In this document: positions 1 to 12,688 of the stretch, piece after piece | Position numbering within the stretch: position 1 is the first letter of the stretch | Layout of the letters: each line of letters starts with the position of its first letter | Assembly: GCA_029953675.1 (NCBI GenBank) | Contig: JAMWBK010000002.1 | Span: forward strand, 1,798,001-1,862,000 | Length of the DNA stretch: 64,000 nucleotides | Source of the DNA: Rhodosorus marinus CCMP1338 | Taxonomy: Eukaryota > Plantae > Rhodophyta | Direction of reading: 5' to 3' | The notes under the pieces: model-generated | The model's database searches: none | Told to the model about the DNA's origin: nothing | What the model saw: the letters and a program-made list of their open reading frames with translations, nothing else | Made by a program: the position numbers and the translations under genes

Positions 1-750
1 CAACAACCGTATGTCGAGCATCCCCTCCGCTGAGTGTGCCTTGCGCGTTTCCAAAAGAACCTGTTTTGCCCTCAGAGAATTGCTCGTCTTTTCCGTCGCT
101 TTCAATGTCCCCATTTCTCCATCCCTGCACCTCTGTTTTCACCCTAACCTTCTTGTCTGAATCCGAACCCTCCCTCGCCATTCCGGGCTGCCTTCCATTG
201 TACCCAACGTACCTGGACCATAATCCAGTTGAGGATGTCAGCATCTCTTCCAAAGCGAAAATTTTCCCGAGGGTTCACTCGTTGAAATTTTATTTCGCAA
301 CGTGTTAACCGGAAAGCTGAGCTTGAAATCCGTACCCCCCATACAGTGCATCCCCAATCAGGCGCTCCATCTCCGCAAGGTCGCCGCTGAAAGTTCTGGC
401 TGTCGCAAGGTATGCCGGATCTCGCATTGGCGAGAGCATTCGAAAGGCCGTGACGAACCCTCGCGTGCAGTAAGGATCTTCCTCGATATCCTACAGTGCA
501 ATCCCGGAAGTAGACGCTTAGTATTAGCATACCAAGCAAACGGAGTCATGCGCTTCATGGGAGAATCTACCTCATCAATCAGATCCTTGGATAAGAAGTC
601 AGGCGCGACGACGCAATGCACCTCTTCAGTATCCGTCCACGCACAGTATTCCATCAGATCGCTACATCTAAACGTTGAGTAGCCGCATGTTTTCCGCCGG
701 CTATCAGTAACAGACTCATATGTCGTTTGCACAATTCCTCTCAAACTCAC
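1..750 (-). CDS. Hypothetical multi-exon protein, runs off the left edge of the window
   Basis: Protein-like segments (…HCVVAPDFLSKDLIDE | GT…AG | DIEEDPYCTRGFVTAFRMLSPMRDPAYLATARTFSGDLAEMERLIGDALYGG…). No family recognised and the exon structure is unresolved. Confidence 0.35.
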
Positions 751-3700
751 CTCTCTTCAAGGACAGTGCGACAATCCGTACACTGTGTTGTTCGATTAGA
801 AACGCTGCAGGACAAAAAAGTGAATAAAATCGAAGAGACAAGCCACTCTTAGACCAAAAAAATCAATACACAGTCACGTTTCATTTCACATTCCCATTGA
901 CTCTGTCCAAAATCTGACCGGTTCCCAACGGATGTACTTCAAAATAAAACAATCCAGAACGGGTCAATTCATGACCAATTGGTGCGTTTCTCACTTTCTT
1001 CTAAGCTCGGCCTTGCCGCAGCTCAGGCACGACGAGTACGAGCCGAGCATGATGCCAAAAATAAATATTCGAAAAGCTAATCTCAGGTGTCCTCAGCTAT
1101 CCTTTGAAAACCTTTCTCAACGACTACCTGCTCAAGCTTAAATCCTTTTCTGTCTTAGCATCATCCACCCATCTTCAACCCGCCCTTACCCATTCCCTCT
1201 CCATAAAAAGGGCATCCACGCTAAAGCAACCCCATTCTTGCGAAGATCCAACGGCTTGAGATCCTAGCAAGAAAACAGTGGCCAACTTGAGTGCGTCATT
1301 GTCCAGGTGCTTCGCTTTTCCACAATTTTTGTCATATTTCCAAAACTTTTCCCAAGCCAAAAATCCCGCTAGTAGCCTTCTACAATGCAAAATTATGTTC
1401 CCTGACTACTACGAACTTGGATGCCTAGCTATTCTGGTGCTATAATTTAGATATATCTAGACTCTCAACAAAACTTATTATTTCACATTTACAATATATT
1501 GCTCAGATTTAAAGCGCTGAAGTTGCAAATCGAGATTCATCGTGGTCTTATTTGCCGGTGAAATGGAAAAGGGTAGAATTCCACCCAACTCGAACGGTTG
1601 GGAAACTTTTGAGGGGGGGTGCGATGTCCTTGAACTTAATATTTATTTTTGAAAACGCAATACCTCGAATTTCAAAAAGGGTGGGGGTTGAAACGAAGCC
1701 GACACACCCCTGTTTCCCCCCTGAATCCATGTTCTGAAAAAAAAGCGAACCATTGGAGAACCATAATCTCAATGGCGGTCACGTATCGAAGATTCAATAC
1801 GATGATAGTAATATCGATGTGACTTTGGAGAAGGACCTAGGCACTGCGGATGGGAATTCTGGACAGCTCCAATGTGTGCACCATGGCCGGATCTGGCTCC
1901 GCCTACTAGCAGAGAGCTGCTTAGAGGCTGTCGACCATGAAGAAGCTGGGAAAGGTTATTAGCTCTGTGCTTTCGGAAAGCCTCAAGTGTCAGGTTGGGG
2001 TGATGAGTGCTTGTATGATGGCCTGTGCCTGCCGGGTTTAGACTTACTCAACCGAGTTGGAACAAGACATTTTATCATGCGAGCAAATCTATGACAACTT
2101 TTAAGTCCACAAACACTCCAGCGATGAGGAGGTGGTTCAGACGTCAAGCACCAAAAGTTGATGTGCTATGGAAAGCACTCCTTGCGTAATTCTCAACAGC
2201 ACATGGAAGCTTTTTCCAAAAATGTTCTTGAAAGTGGACAACAGACAAGCAGGATTTCTTATATCCCCCATGCGTATCCATGATAAAGCCACATACTTCC
2301 ACCAGAACACCATTCAGGGTAAGATCTAGTAGTAATACTTCCGGTTTTCATAGCTCCGCTGTGCTCCTCCTCCAACAAAGACGCTGCCCATCCAGAGAAC
2401 CAAAACACGAACGGAGCGAAGAACAGAAACAACGCATGAAAAAAAGCAACTGTTTCCCAATATCCCCTACAAATTCCCATTAGAACCCGCCGCGCATATT
2501 CAACAGCGGAGGACACATTTCAATGGGGACTAGGGCCTGGGCTGGGAGGCCTTCCCACATATTCAGACGTTTCCGACATCTTTATCCACTGTATTCCTGG
2601 AGTTGCGAGCCTCCGGGTCCGTATGATCTCATAGCTCTCTCGGGGTGGCCAGCTCCAGAGCTCACACTCCTCAACCTACTACCTTTGTAGATACCTGAGT
2701 GAAAAACTCCAGACCGTGCGTCATCCAAAATTGTCCTTCAAAAACCAAAAAAAGTAAATAATGACTGAAGCTCCATCAACATGAACTCATATAGACTGAT
2801 ATATCTACATTGAAAATCTATCAATACTGCGGTATAGATTGATATCACTTTATTTATTATAAATAAATTGCTCATCGTTGCTTTTATTGGAAAGAAAACC
2901 CAGCGCCTCGTTGAAAAGCGTAAAAAGTGTTCTGTTTTTCAAGCTAGTTCGTGGGGGGGGGGAATTTGAGGTAGAGGACTGGGGTGAGTGGACTGAGGTG
3001 AGTGGACTGGGTTGAGGATAAGACGGGGACTGATGGATTCCATATCTATGAGAAGGTTGAAGTAGAGAGAAAGGTGAGAGGTGTTGCGGTAAGTTAGAAT
3101 GCTTGGAACTGGGTAGTTTTGGTTTAGATGGTGGTATGATTTGCGTTTGTAGGCATGAATTCTAGAATTACTGGTGGAGAGAGGGGTTTGGAAGGACGGG
3201 TCTGGAATCTTCGGGGAGGGGGCGACTTCGTTGCGAAGACGAAAAAGAAGGGGTTTGGTCTTCCCGGGGAAGGAGTTTACTATGATCCGATCACATATTC
3301 GAAGTTGTGGGATAGATCGACGAGGAGACTCTCCCTCGGGTTGACTAAGACCTTCCATTTAGCCACTCTCAGCAACTTTTTGGAGAGGACTGTGCCAACT
3401 GTATTCGACGTGGGATGTAAGACTATTCCTTTTCTGTAGCAAGTCGCTCTGTCTGTATGGATATGCGCTCTTGAAACTCCTCGGGAATCGGAGTTTTCTG
3501 AGAGTAGTCTCGAAATGCGGTCTTCTTTACTGCCATGTGGACCCTGACTTGAATTTCTGCTTTGGTCATCATAGGTCGATTCATCAGTGGTCCGTACGTC
3601 CTTGGATGGAGACCAAGACCAGGAAAGAGCATGTGGCTTCTCGACTGGAAATACGAGCCCGTGTTTCGAACAGGGCTATCCGTTCAGCTCTTGGACCTGG

Positions 3701-4373
3701 CCAGTGCTGACGGTCTGAGTAAGGGCTACCTCAAGGTACTATGGATGCAAACTTGTAGTATCTGACTAGAATCCTGAAGCGAAAAATATCCCCAAGCCAA
3801 GCTCTTTCTGACCCGGAATACATCCTTTCTTCCCTGGTACAGTTTCGAGCCGGCTTCAACTCGCTAGGCCGACGTGAGCGAGGGTTCGAGTTGGATCGAA
3901 CTTATAAAATCCCCAAGATCGAGCTAGCTAGCGAGCTGCGAATCAAGGACAGCTCCGTTCTCAAGACTTTCGACACTCGCCTTTATGGCGAGGTGATTGC
4001 AAAGTAAGTTTATCGTAAATCATTCCCTGTAGTCCGCAAAACCGCGACCGCTTTGAACTGTTTCGACTCACGCCATGCTCATCCACAATCGTGGCACTAT
4101 TCGTCTCTTGCAGAAAAATTAGCCAGAGGATTCTCGATGAGAGCCACAGCCGATGGAGCATGAAGAGCACCTTTGGTTTCCAGCAGTCAATGTTATTCTT
4201 TGACTACTTCTTGGTAAGATGCCGCGTCGGTATGGGGTTGCGTCCGGACGGTACTAGCAGCAAAGTATTTGATTTTAAGTAAACAAGCAACACATTTTTG
4301 CCAAGCTATAATTGCATTAGAGTAAGTCTAAAAGTTAGTAAATCCCATTTTGGAGAGTAGTAGATATACGGAT

Positions 4374-6185
4374 TCAGCTCCTCAGAATAGGTCCGGGAAG
4401 ATCTCCGGCCGTGTAGTCAGGTATAATACGTAAGATACGGCGCAGTGCAGTGGCAAGTCGTCGACGTCCAAGAACCCTCTCTGGCAGCCAGCGGGCCAAC
4501 GGATGCTCCAACTGAGCAATTCGCTCGATCCGTCGACTATAAGTACAGGAACAGTGCAAGTCTTCTTCAGTTTGTTGCCATTTCTCAAAGTGGACGCCGA
4601 CCGAATCAGTCCGAGGTTTGGGTCAATCCTACCTCCTCTGGGCGACAGCCAGGCATCGAGGCTTTCTCGTTCGCTCGTACATCTCAAGTCCAAGAGGGTC
4701 TCGAACACCGTACTCGGCCAACATCTGTGCTAAACAGTGCCCGTCCTCCACGGCGAGACAGGTGCCTTGGCAGGGCAAAGGGTCGACACTGTTAGCTTCC
4801 GTTTTGGGAGAGTAGCAAACGGGCAATCGACAGCTTGGATTCTTACTCAGATGCATGTTTTCAGTTATCGGATGGGCGGCTTCACCCATCAGTACGACAC
4901 GATTCTCAACCCAAGGGACTGGTTGAAGCCTCTCCTGAACATCGTGACTAAAGTTACTCTGTGTGTCAGCATTCGCTCAAGAAAGGGCAGCGCTCAGAGA
5001 GTAAGTGGGAGACTACTCACCGAGTTATGTTTCGCTCATCCGTTGCATCAATTATTTCTCTACAGCGAAAGTCCCAGTCTCCAAATTTGTTGAGGAGAGT
5101 CTTCTTGAACGGCCGCAGGAACACCTCACCGTTTCTAGCGTTAGCAACCGCATACCTGCCGAGAATTTCGGAAAAATACGCTTATTAAGCAATGGGGGAT
5201 TGCTGAATGAGCTTTACGATTACTATGCGGAGTTCCATGAACAGTAACTGACCAGTACAACGTTCCAGTTCTGATATGCATCGCTCCAAACCGTCGACCT
5301 TTGCCCCAGATCTCGCGCCCGAGCTGCAGAGGAAACTCCTTGCTGAGGTTGGTCATGTTCTAGCAGGAGAATACAGAGAACAGAAGGACCATCATATTGA
5401 GTTCGCTTCCGGTGAGCGAAATACTGTTGTCCTCAGGATTCCAAAGCTCACCGTTACGCCCCTCCAAGTACTGTACCCAGCGTACCGGTGGGACATTTGT
5501 AATTTCAGTCTCGATCGAACCTGGACATTCGGCCGCGGTTACCAGATGATGAATAAGCAAGGAGCGCGGCGGTGCTAGCGCACAAGAAGACAGTCTGGGG
5601 CATACTCTACTGTACAGTCCATCTGCACCGATCAAAATAGCACCTTCCGCACTGCTTCCATCAGCGAGGTGTACGTCGACGTAGTCCCCATGCTGAGTGA
5701 AACTATCTAGCTCCTTGTTGAACAATACAGACTCGCTTGGAAGTTCTTCCAGGAGAAGTTGCTTGAGCTCGTTCAGTTCTGCTACTATGATCTCATTGAC
5801 GTGTCCGCTCGATTCCTCGGAGAAATTGAAGTTGAAGAGAACTCGTCCGTCGGTGCTATTCACGATCTCGCTTGAGAGCGTCGCTAAACCGCAGGTTCTC
5901 AGCTTGGTTCCAACTCCTAGACGGTCTAATACTCTCATTCCATTGCCCCACAGAGCTACACCGGTCTTCGCATCTGCGGAGGAGTCATCACAAAAGACTT
6001 AATTCACGAAATTCAAAAAAAAACACGAAGAACTCATCGTCAATTGAAATCGTACGCGGCAGGTGCGGCTTCTTCTCGAAAATCAGCGGAGTCAGGCCCG
6101 CTCTCTGCATAGAAACTGCAGTGACAAGACCAGTGAGTCCAGCACCGATGATCACTACGGGTCGCCGGTATGTCGCTGCTGACAT
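4374..6185 (-). CDS. FAD-dependent monooxygenase (group A flavoprotein hydroxylase family), about 7 introns
   Basis: Rossmann motif VIIGAGLTG, then LIGADG, YAGYSTWRGVT, EIWGKGRRFG and VVLMGEAAHP…TCLAVEDG. Exons join at GT-AG introns, e.g. 5521-5605, 4957-5020 and 4766-4846. Confidence 0.88.
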
Positions 6186-6584
6186 TGTCAGGGTGACTCC
6201 AATACTTCAGGCTTTTATCCTAGTCCATCAAACCAAACAGCCGCAATTTCAGAAGCAGCAGTTCAGTACTGCACCTCCCACGCGCTAGGACACTGCTCAC
6301 AGAAAAACCTGCATTATCCTAACCACTTCACGTATCCAAAGTCATGTAAAAGCCCAAGCCAGTGCTCCCAAAGCCTATCCGGACCTTCGCGTCAACGCCT
6401 CCCACTAGGACTTGAGGATTGATTTTCATTTCAGAGGAGAAAGTTGTTTAGCTTTGGCCTGCAACCAATCTATGGACTCTTGAGCGTGACTAGCAAAAGG
6501 CACTGCAGTTGCGTTTGGACAGCGGTTGGCATCACACTGACGAGCAGATTTGCGATTTACTAATAAAATTTGATCTTGATGTTC

Positions 6585-7378
6585 CTAGTACATGTCTTCG
6601 TAGCTATATCCTTCAGAGCTCATTGGGTTGGTCATCGTCGAGTCGAGTCCGGTCCGTGTGAAGTACGTGAGAACTTCTTCGTCATCATTATCTACGTAGT
6701 CGAGGTCCTCCTCGGTGATGCCTGTCATCTGTCTCTGCATGTCTTCGTCTAGTACGTCGTCCTCTTCGCTTCTTGGTAAAAGCCTATGGACATTGAAAAA
6801 CGTCAGCTTTGCGTGAATCGTGTTGCGTTGGGTGGGCAAGACAGAGAGGTCCACATTCGGCTACTTCCGAGGAAAAGCTGCTTTTGATGGTGACAATCCA
6901 GGCCTACCGGTTCAATCCATCCAAATATTCGAGCAAGTCCACGTCGATCTCGTGGGTGACCGGGGTAACCTCGTCAATGTCCAACTGCAGATACTCACAA
7001 TCGTCCACGACGTCCATAATGCTCTCAAGCGGGTAATTGTCACCGGCGGACCCTGGTGGAAACGTCCCTGGATGTTCCTCGATGGGAATGTACCCTGCAG
7101 GGCCTTTCTGGTCAGGGTGCAAGGGAATAACTCTTCCGGAGGGATCAATAAGGTTTCGAACGATCCTAGACAAGGTAAAGTTCGAAAGGACAAGAGCAGC
7201 TCGTTAGTGGCATGTACATGCCCGTCGCCAATTTCTAAGCTCGTGAACAAACACGAACATGAAACCTGTTGAGGAAAACAAATCAGTCACATCCACACCT
7301 GCGTCCTCTGCATATTGCCGTCCTACCACTAACACGACTCCGAACCCCAACGCAGTCAAAGACAAAACCGACCCCCAT
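6585..7378 (-). CDS. Acidic hypothetical protein, probably plastid-targeted, 2 introns
   Basis: N-terminus MGVGFVFDCVGVRSRVSGRTAICRGR resembles a transit peptide. It splices to the D/E-rich ORFs 6904-7173 and 6585-6854. Confidence 0.55.
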
Positions 7379-7764
7379 CACTCCCAAAACACAACCAAAA
7401 CACCCCACTCGGAAAAAAAAAAAAAACAGCAACCGACCAAACCCAAAAGCTCGCAAAAACTCTTCAAGGTAAACTTTCCTTCTGGCTATCTGCAACATTT
7501 ATCCACGGAAAGAAGGACAATTCACGACAATGAACCCCTCCTCCGCCTCACCGTCCGTCGGGAAATCTTTGCGAAAACCCTCAATTCACATCTCAACACC
7601 ATCTCCGTAAGCAAATGGAAATCGTCCTCACCGAACTCCTCCTCCCAGGTCTAAATAGATACCTAAATTTCTTAATTAAGGAAACGTTTGAAGGGAATAC
7701 TAATATCGAACTTATCTTCTCAGATTTAGTTGTTTAGAGTATAGAATCAGAATTTTTTAGAGGC

Positions 7765-7913
7765 TATTGGATCTTTTCGCCCGAAGAGTTGCTTGATAAG
7801 TCCAAAGAATTTTTCCCCCTTGCTCTCGCCTAGCCTGACGTCTCCCTGGCTTTCTCCGTTGTCAGCCAGGCCCTGATGGCGTCGTTCTGTCCGGCTACAA
7901 CCGTGCGCCAACA
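7765..7913 (-). repeat. 3' LTR (149 bp)
   Basis: Near-identical to 12101-12268. Minus-strand termini are TGTTGG…CCAATA. It is preceded by the purine tract GGCGGGGGTA (putative PPT, about 7914-7923). Confidence 0.9.
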
Positions 7914-7967
7914 TACCCCCGCCAACTCAGACTCACGGGTCCTCCCGAATCTGAGTTTTATCTGGTG

Positions 7968-10900
7968 CTATTCGCCGCGCAGGTCGCCCAGCTCATCCTT
8001 TGTGGGATGGTACCAATAACTCCGCACTTCCTTGTCGACCTGGGCTCGCTTCATACGATCACGATGAACCAAGGTCTTGAGCGGCGTCCCATCTGGCTCA
8101 GCTAGTCGGTGCGTGTCGAATAATCGGCGCTCCAAGACTCGGAGGGGTCCGACGTGGCGGTACGTGCCCTTTTGTTTTCACCTCGTTCGTGAGCAAGACG
8201 AATTCTCCCGTTTTGAGTGGGTCCCCCTTCACCTTCCAGTCATAGTAACGTGCCATTTGATTTTTGCGGCTTCTGTCCTCAGCGTGACAGCTTCGCGTTC
8301 TCGACCTAGTTGCTCTAGTTGTTTGACTCGCGCCTGAACAGAAACATCTTCGTCGACAGCATCGAACAATAACGGTGCCTGCGCCAGTCCGGGGATTCGC
8401 GGTTTCACCCCGTATAGGATTTCGTATGGTGACATGCGGTGATCCTACTGGTCCGCATTCGCAGCGCCATGTTCGCCTGGTGGATAAAGCGATCCCACCT
8501 CGTCACTGCTCCGTTCGTTAATTTCACGAGCACCTCCTGGAACGTCCGGTTCCACCGTTCCGCCGTCGAATTCGTCCGAGGGTGGTAGCTACTAGTAAAT
8601 CGTTGGGTAGTTGGCAGCAGTCGCAGATACTCCTCCACCACTTTCGACCGGAAATTAGCGCCTCGGTCGGTTAATATGTGAACTGGAGCTCCGTATGGGC
8701 ACACTATCTCCTCGTAAATGAACTTGGCGACGTTTGCCTCCGTCGCTTCCGGCATTGCCCTTACTACCGACCAACGCGTCAGGGACTCTACTGCTACAAG
8801 AATCCACTGATTTCCAGAGCCGTGCGCCTTCGGTAATCGTCCTATGAACTCGAGATTCCACCGGGTGAAGATGGCTTCCGTAGGTAAAGGATGCAGTGGT
8901 GCCTTCCGAGCCAACGGAGCCTGCACCTGATTCAATTGACAGCGAGGGCAATTTCGTACTGCTGTGTAAATGTCCGTCCTCAGCGTCCTCCACCAAAGTT
9001 TGCTTCGCAGGTGTTCGTAAAGCGCTCTTGCCGATAGGTGTCCCAACGCCTGGTGCGCATCTGCTAGCGCGTCGTTCCGATTTTCGGGCTCGACCCAAAT
9101 ACGTGCTTGGCCATCAATTTCTCGAGTGTATACTCCTGTAGCTGCGTCGAAGACGACGCCTTCCATTTTCCTTGCGCATCACGGATTGCTCCTCGGCGGT
9201 CAGACCTGTCTCCTTTCCTTCTCGCGCATACATCGTGAGTTGCGCCGTGGTCAACAGATTTACTCGAGACAAGCGTGACAACGCATCCGCCACGACGTTC
9301 GACCTGCCGGGCAAGTGCTTCATCTCGTAATCGAACCGAGATAGTTTTTCCAGGTAACGTGTCATCCGCCGCGAGGGCGGTACCTTCGTGTTCACATAGG
9401 TGAGCACGGCGTTGTCCGTGAACACCGTAGTCCGGGCTCCCTCCAGGAAGTGTCGCCATTTGAACAGACAATACACGATCGCATACATTTCCCGCTCCTG
9501 AACTGGGTACCTTCGCTCGGTGTCTGTAAATTTCCTACTTTCGAATGCCACCGGATTTCCCCCCTGCGTCAGCATCCCTCCCAATCCTATGTCTGAGACG
9601 TCAGTTGTTACCTCGAACTGAAGATGATCCAGGTCTGGGAGTCTCAAGATGGGCGCACTGCATATCAGCGCCTTAAGTTTCTCGAATGCCGTATGTACTT
9701 CGACCGTGATTTCGAAAGGCTCCCCATCCTTAAGCAACTCGGTTAGGGGAGCTGCTAGGGTTGAGAAGTTTCGTATAAATCGTCGAAAGTACGAAACTTT
9801 CGAGTCCCTTTAACTGACTGGGGTACCTCTAGCTTCCTTATCGCATCCACCTTAGTTTCGTCGATCGAGATGCGGCCGTTTTCGATCCGGAAGCCCAGAT
9901 ATGTCACCGCGTTAAGAAATAGCTCTGTCTCTACCGGGTGTAGGTATAGGTGATGCCGCCTCAGCTCCAGGAAGACCTGTCGGAGGTGTTCTTCGTGTTC
10001 TTCCTTATTACGGGAGTAGACGAGAATATCGTCGAGATACACAACTACAAACCGGCCGATGAAACGCCGTAGGATGTCCCACATCAATCGCGAGAAGAGG
10101 CCGGGTAAGGAAGTCAACCCAAACGGTGCCACACGCCATTGATAATGGCCGAATTCCGACACAAAGACCGCTTTTGGTTCATTTTCCTCCCGTATCCGCA
10201 GCTGCCAGTACCCACTCCGTAGATCGTGTTGGTCCAAGAGCTCGTCTATTTTTGGCAACGGATATTTAACCCGCTCGGTGACCTCGTTCGATGCGCGGTA
10301 GTCAACACACAAACGTAACTCGCCCGTTTTCTTTTTTACGAAAAGCACTGGGGCCCCCCATTGGCTGTTGGAAGGGGTTAAGAAGCCTTTCTCGATGAGG
10401 TCCTCCAGCTGATTCTTCAGCTCTCGCCGCTCCAATGGCGATAGTCGGTACGCGCACTTGAACACCGGCTTCGCGTTACCCGTTTCAATTGCTGCGTCCT
10501 GCTCCCGATGTGGCGGCAGTTTCGCGAACGTATCGACGAAGAGCTCATCGAACTCTCTCCGTAGCTCCTTTTCGGCTGCGCTCAACTCCTTCGTCGTTCC
10601 CGGAGTATCCATTTCGCGGATTTGGAGAACACCGATGTTCTCGTCACCGCCGACTGCTACTTCCTTTCGTCTGACCAGGAGCACCTCCGTGATGTTACTT
10701 GGCGTAGGCTGAAGTTTGAGGCACCGTAGTGATTCGTCCTGCCCTAGATCGTTGACCGCCGTCAGCGACCCGTCACCTGGGTGGATTATTACGCGGTTGC
10801 GCTTTAACCAGGGTAATCCCAGGATGACTTCGGGCCTCCCCGTTCCGCGACTCGGAACGTCTCCTGACTGCGCCACTTGGGTGTGCACTCCACCGTAATC

Positions 10901-11244
10901 CCTCGGACTATACCTACGCGGAATGCCTGTCCGAACGCTGCTCCCAGCGATTCGGTCTCCTTAGGCACCGTAATTTTCATCTTCGCGGCTACCGCGGTCG
11001 TCATGAGGTTCACCTGCGCTCCGGTGTCCACGATCGCGTTGACCTTGAGTCCGCCTACTTCTGCCGGGATCCGCAACAACGGTTGCCGTTGGTCGGGAAC
11101 GTCAGCTTCCTTCAAGATGGTCAATACCCGGGTTGCCGAGTCTTCACTCCCATATTTCGTGCCAGACGGTTCCTCCACGATGTTCACCCTACTTTTCTGG
11201 CCCTGACGTCGTTGCCGCGGCCCACGCACCGTTCCAACTGCCAT
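7968..11244 (-). pseudogene. pol: Retrotransposon pol (PR-RT-RH-IN), broken into several frames
   Basis: ORFs 10804-11244, 9755-10888, 9114-9737, 8405-9166 and 8229-8435, with a tail ending …LGDLRGE* at 7968. RT lacks the segment between LLDQ and DLRSGY. The first integrase catalytic D reads E (WNLEFIG). Confidence 0.9.
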
Positions 11245-12049
11245 TGGTACTGGTGCATCCAGGTGAGGTGGCGGTTGGGAACGATTTCGTGCTGGTCATG
11301 ACTTGTCCTGGCCGTCCGTTCGTTTTTACCCCGCGCCTTCATCACCTTCCGCCTCGACCCAGATGTCTCTTCGGATATTGACACCGCCAATTCGATCGCT
11401 CGCTGTAACGTTGTCGGGCGTAGTGCTCTTACGTACGTTTGTGGTACGTCCGTAAGCCCATTATGAAGAGTTGGGTCTGCATAAACTCGCTGAGGCATTC
11501 AGGGTCATACCTTCGGAGATGGTCCAGCGTGGATTCAAACTCCGTGGTATACCTCCGTGGCATACTCGTTGACTGTTGACCCTTGGCGTATCCTCGTCAG
11601 TTTGACCGCCAGTTCTACATCCTGGTTGTGGCTCGCGAATCGCGTTCGCAGGGCAACTTGCAACGCTGCCCACGTTGCCCGTTGTGTCACGGGGAGGGTG
11701 CGGTACCATTCGGTAACGGTTTTTGCAAGCCCTCGAACCGCGATGAAAACAAGTCACTGTCCTCCTCGAGGACATAAACGGCCTTCAGGTGCTCGAGCTC
11801 GCTTATGAATGTCTCGACGTCTGAAGTACCGTCGAAAGTCGGGGACTCAGATTTCTTTGCTAGTCGTCCCGATCGAGCTCCTTGCTGTTGTTGTAGCTGT
11901 TGCTGCTGCTGCTGTTGTTGTAGCTGTTGTTGTTGTAGCTGTTGATGTTCCTGCAACGCTTGCACAAGCTGCTCCGTCATCCGCTGTTGTTGCTCTAGTA
12001 GTTGAGCAACCGCGGGCATCCACGCACCCGGAGGAGGATTGGGTTCCAT
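11184..12049 (-). pseudogene. gag: Retrotransposon gag (frameshifted) with N-terminal polyglutamine tract
   Basis: MEPNPPP…QQQ…SPTFDGTSDVETFI, continuing in another frame as …EWYRTLPVTQRATWAALQVALRTRF… and …RPTTLQRAIELA. These are typical gag capsid segments. Confidence 0.75.
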
Positions 12050-12080
12050 TTTTCTTCAATCACCAAGGTCCAGCGGCTTC

Positions 12081-12098
12081 AGCCCCGGAAATCCACCA
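12081..12098 (-). promoter_or_regulatory. Primer-binding site of the LTR element (tRNA 3' end complement, possibly tRNA-Ala)
   Basis: TGGTGGATTTCCGGGGCT starts 2 nt inside the 5' LTR. TGGTGGA pairs with a tRNA end UCCACCA. The tRNA identity is inference. Confidence 0.6.
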
Positions 12099-12100
12099 AA

Positions 12101-12268
12101 TATTGGATCTTTTCGCCCAAGTAACCCCCTCACGAAGAGTTGCTTGATAAGTCCAAAGAATTTTTCCCCCTTGCTCTCGCCTAGCCTGACGTCTCCCTGG
12201 CTTCCTCCGTTGTCAGCCAGGCCCTGATGGTGTCGTTCTGTCCGGCTAAATACAACTGTGCGCCAACA
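12101..12268 (-). repeat. 5' LTR (168 bp)
   Basis: Same sequence as 7765-7913 plus 15-bp and 4-bp extra segments and a few substitutions. Confidence 0.9.
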
Positions 12269-12688
12269 AGTGTACTTATCTAATAGAAACAAATACCATG
12301 AAATTGAGCATACAATACATAAAAATACTATATAATGTTTGTATTTTATTAGTATACAAGCATGCAGGCTGCTAATTTTGGCAAAACTGTCTTTTCCTCT
12401 TCTAGATTTTGCATGAAGCATGCTCTAGTCATGTACAATTCTACTCGGGGAGCAGGAGCCCGTGGTGATCCTGTCTTGTACTGTGTTATCAGTTGACGTC
12501 ATTTCCATTGGTTCTTACATAAGTTAGTTACGTCCAATAGTCATACTGGATGGATCCTCGCTGAAAGTCCCTTTCAAGCTACGCAGCTGCGGACGGGACT
12601 TGGGTAGCAATCCACTTGACCGTGTGTTCTCGATGATAACGGTTGTCAAGGAAGTTTCGTCATCGTAAAAAAAGTTATCCCCCAGTTT

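Larger units (their letters stand above)
7765..12268 (-). mobile_element. Ty3/Gypsy LTR retrotransposon, decayed (frameshifts, stops, deletion in RT)
   Basis: Direct repeats at 7765-7913 and 12101-12268. Order is gag, protease (IVDTGAQVN), RT (VVYLDDILVYS), RNase H (TDVSDIGLGG…VAFESRK, VFTDN), integrase (H..LGH…C..C, TDRG, AERWN) and a GPY/F-like tail. This is Gypsy domain order. Confidence 0.95.

Noticed and set aside
3155-4282. LRR/F-box-like gene
   Set aside because: Only short Leu-rich fragments in different frames, with no coherent splice model.
5940-6050. First intron of the FAD monooxygenase as another exon echo
   Set aside because: It is T-rich with only marginal similarity. It is kept as a counter-example, along with HtrA intron 1 and HNH introns 3-4.
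7968-8230. Chromodomain at the integrase C-terminus
   Set aside because: The tail is GPY/F-like (GPLRV…VHRDRMK) with no chromodomain motif.
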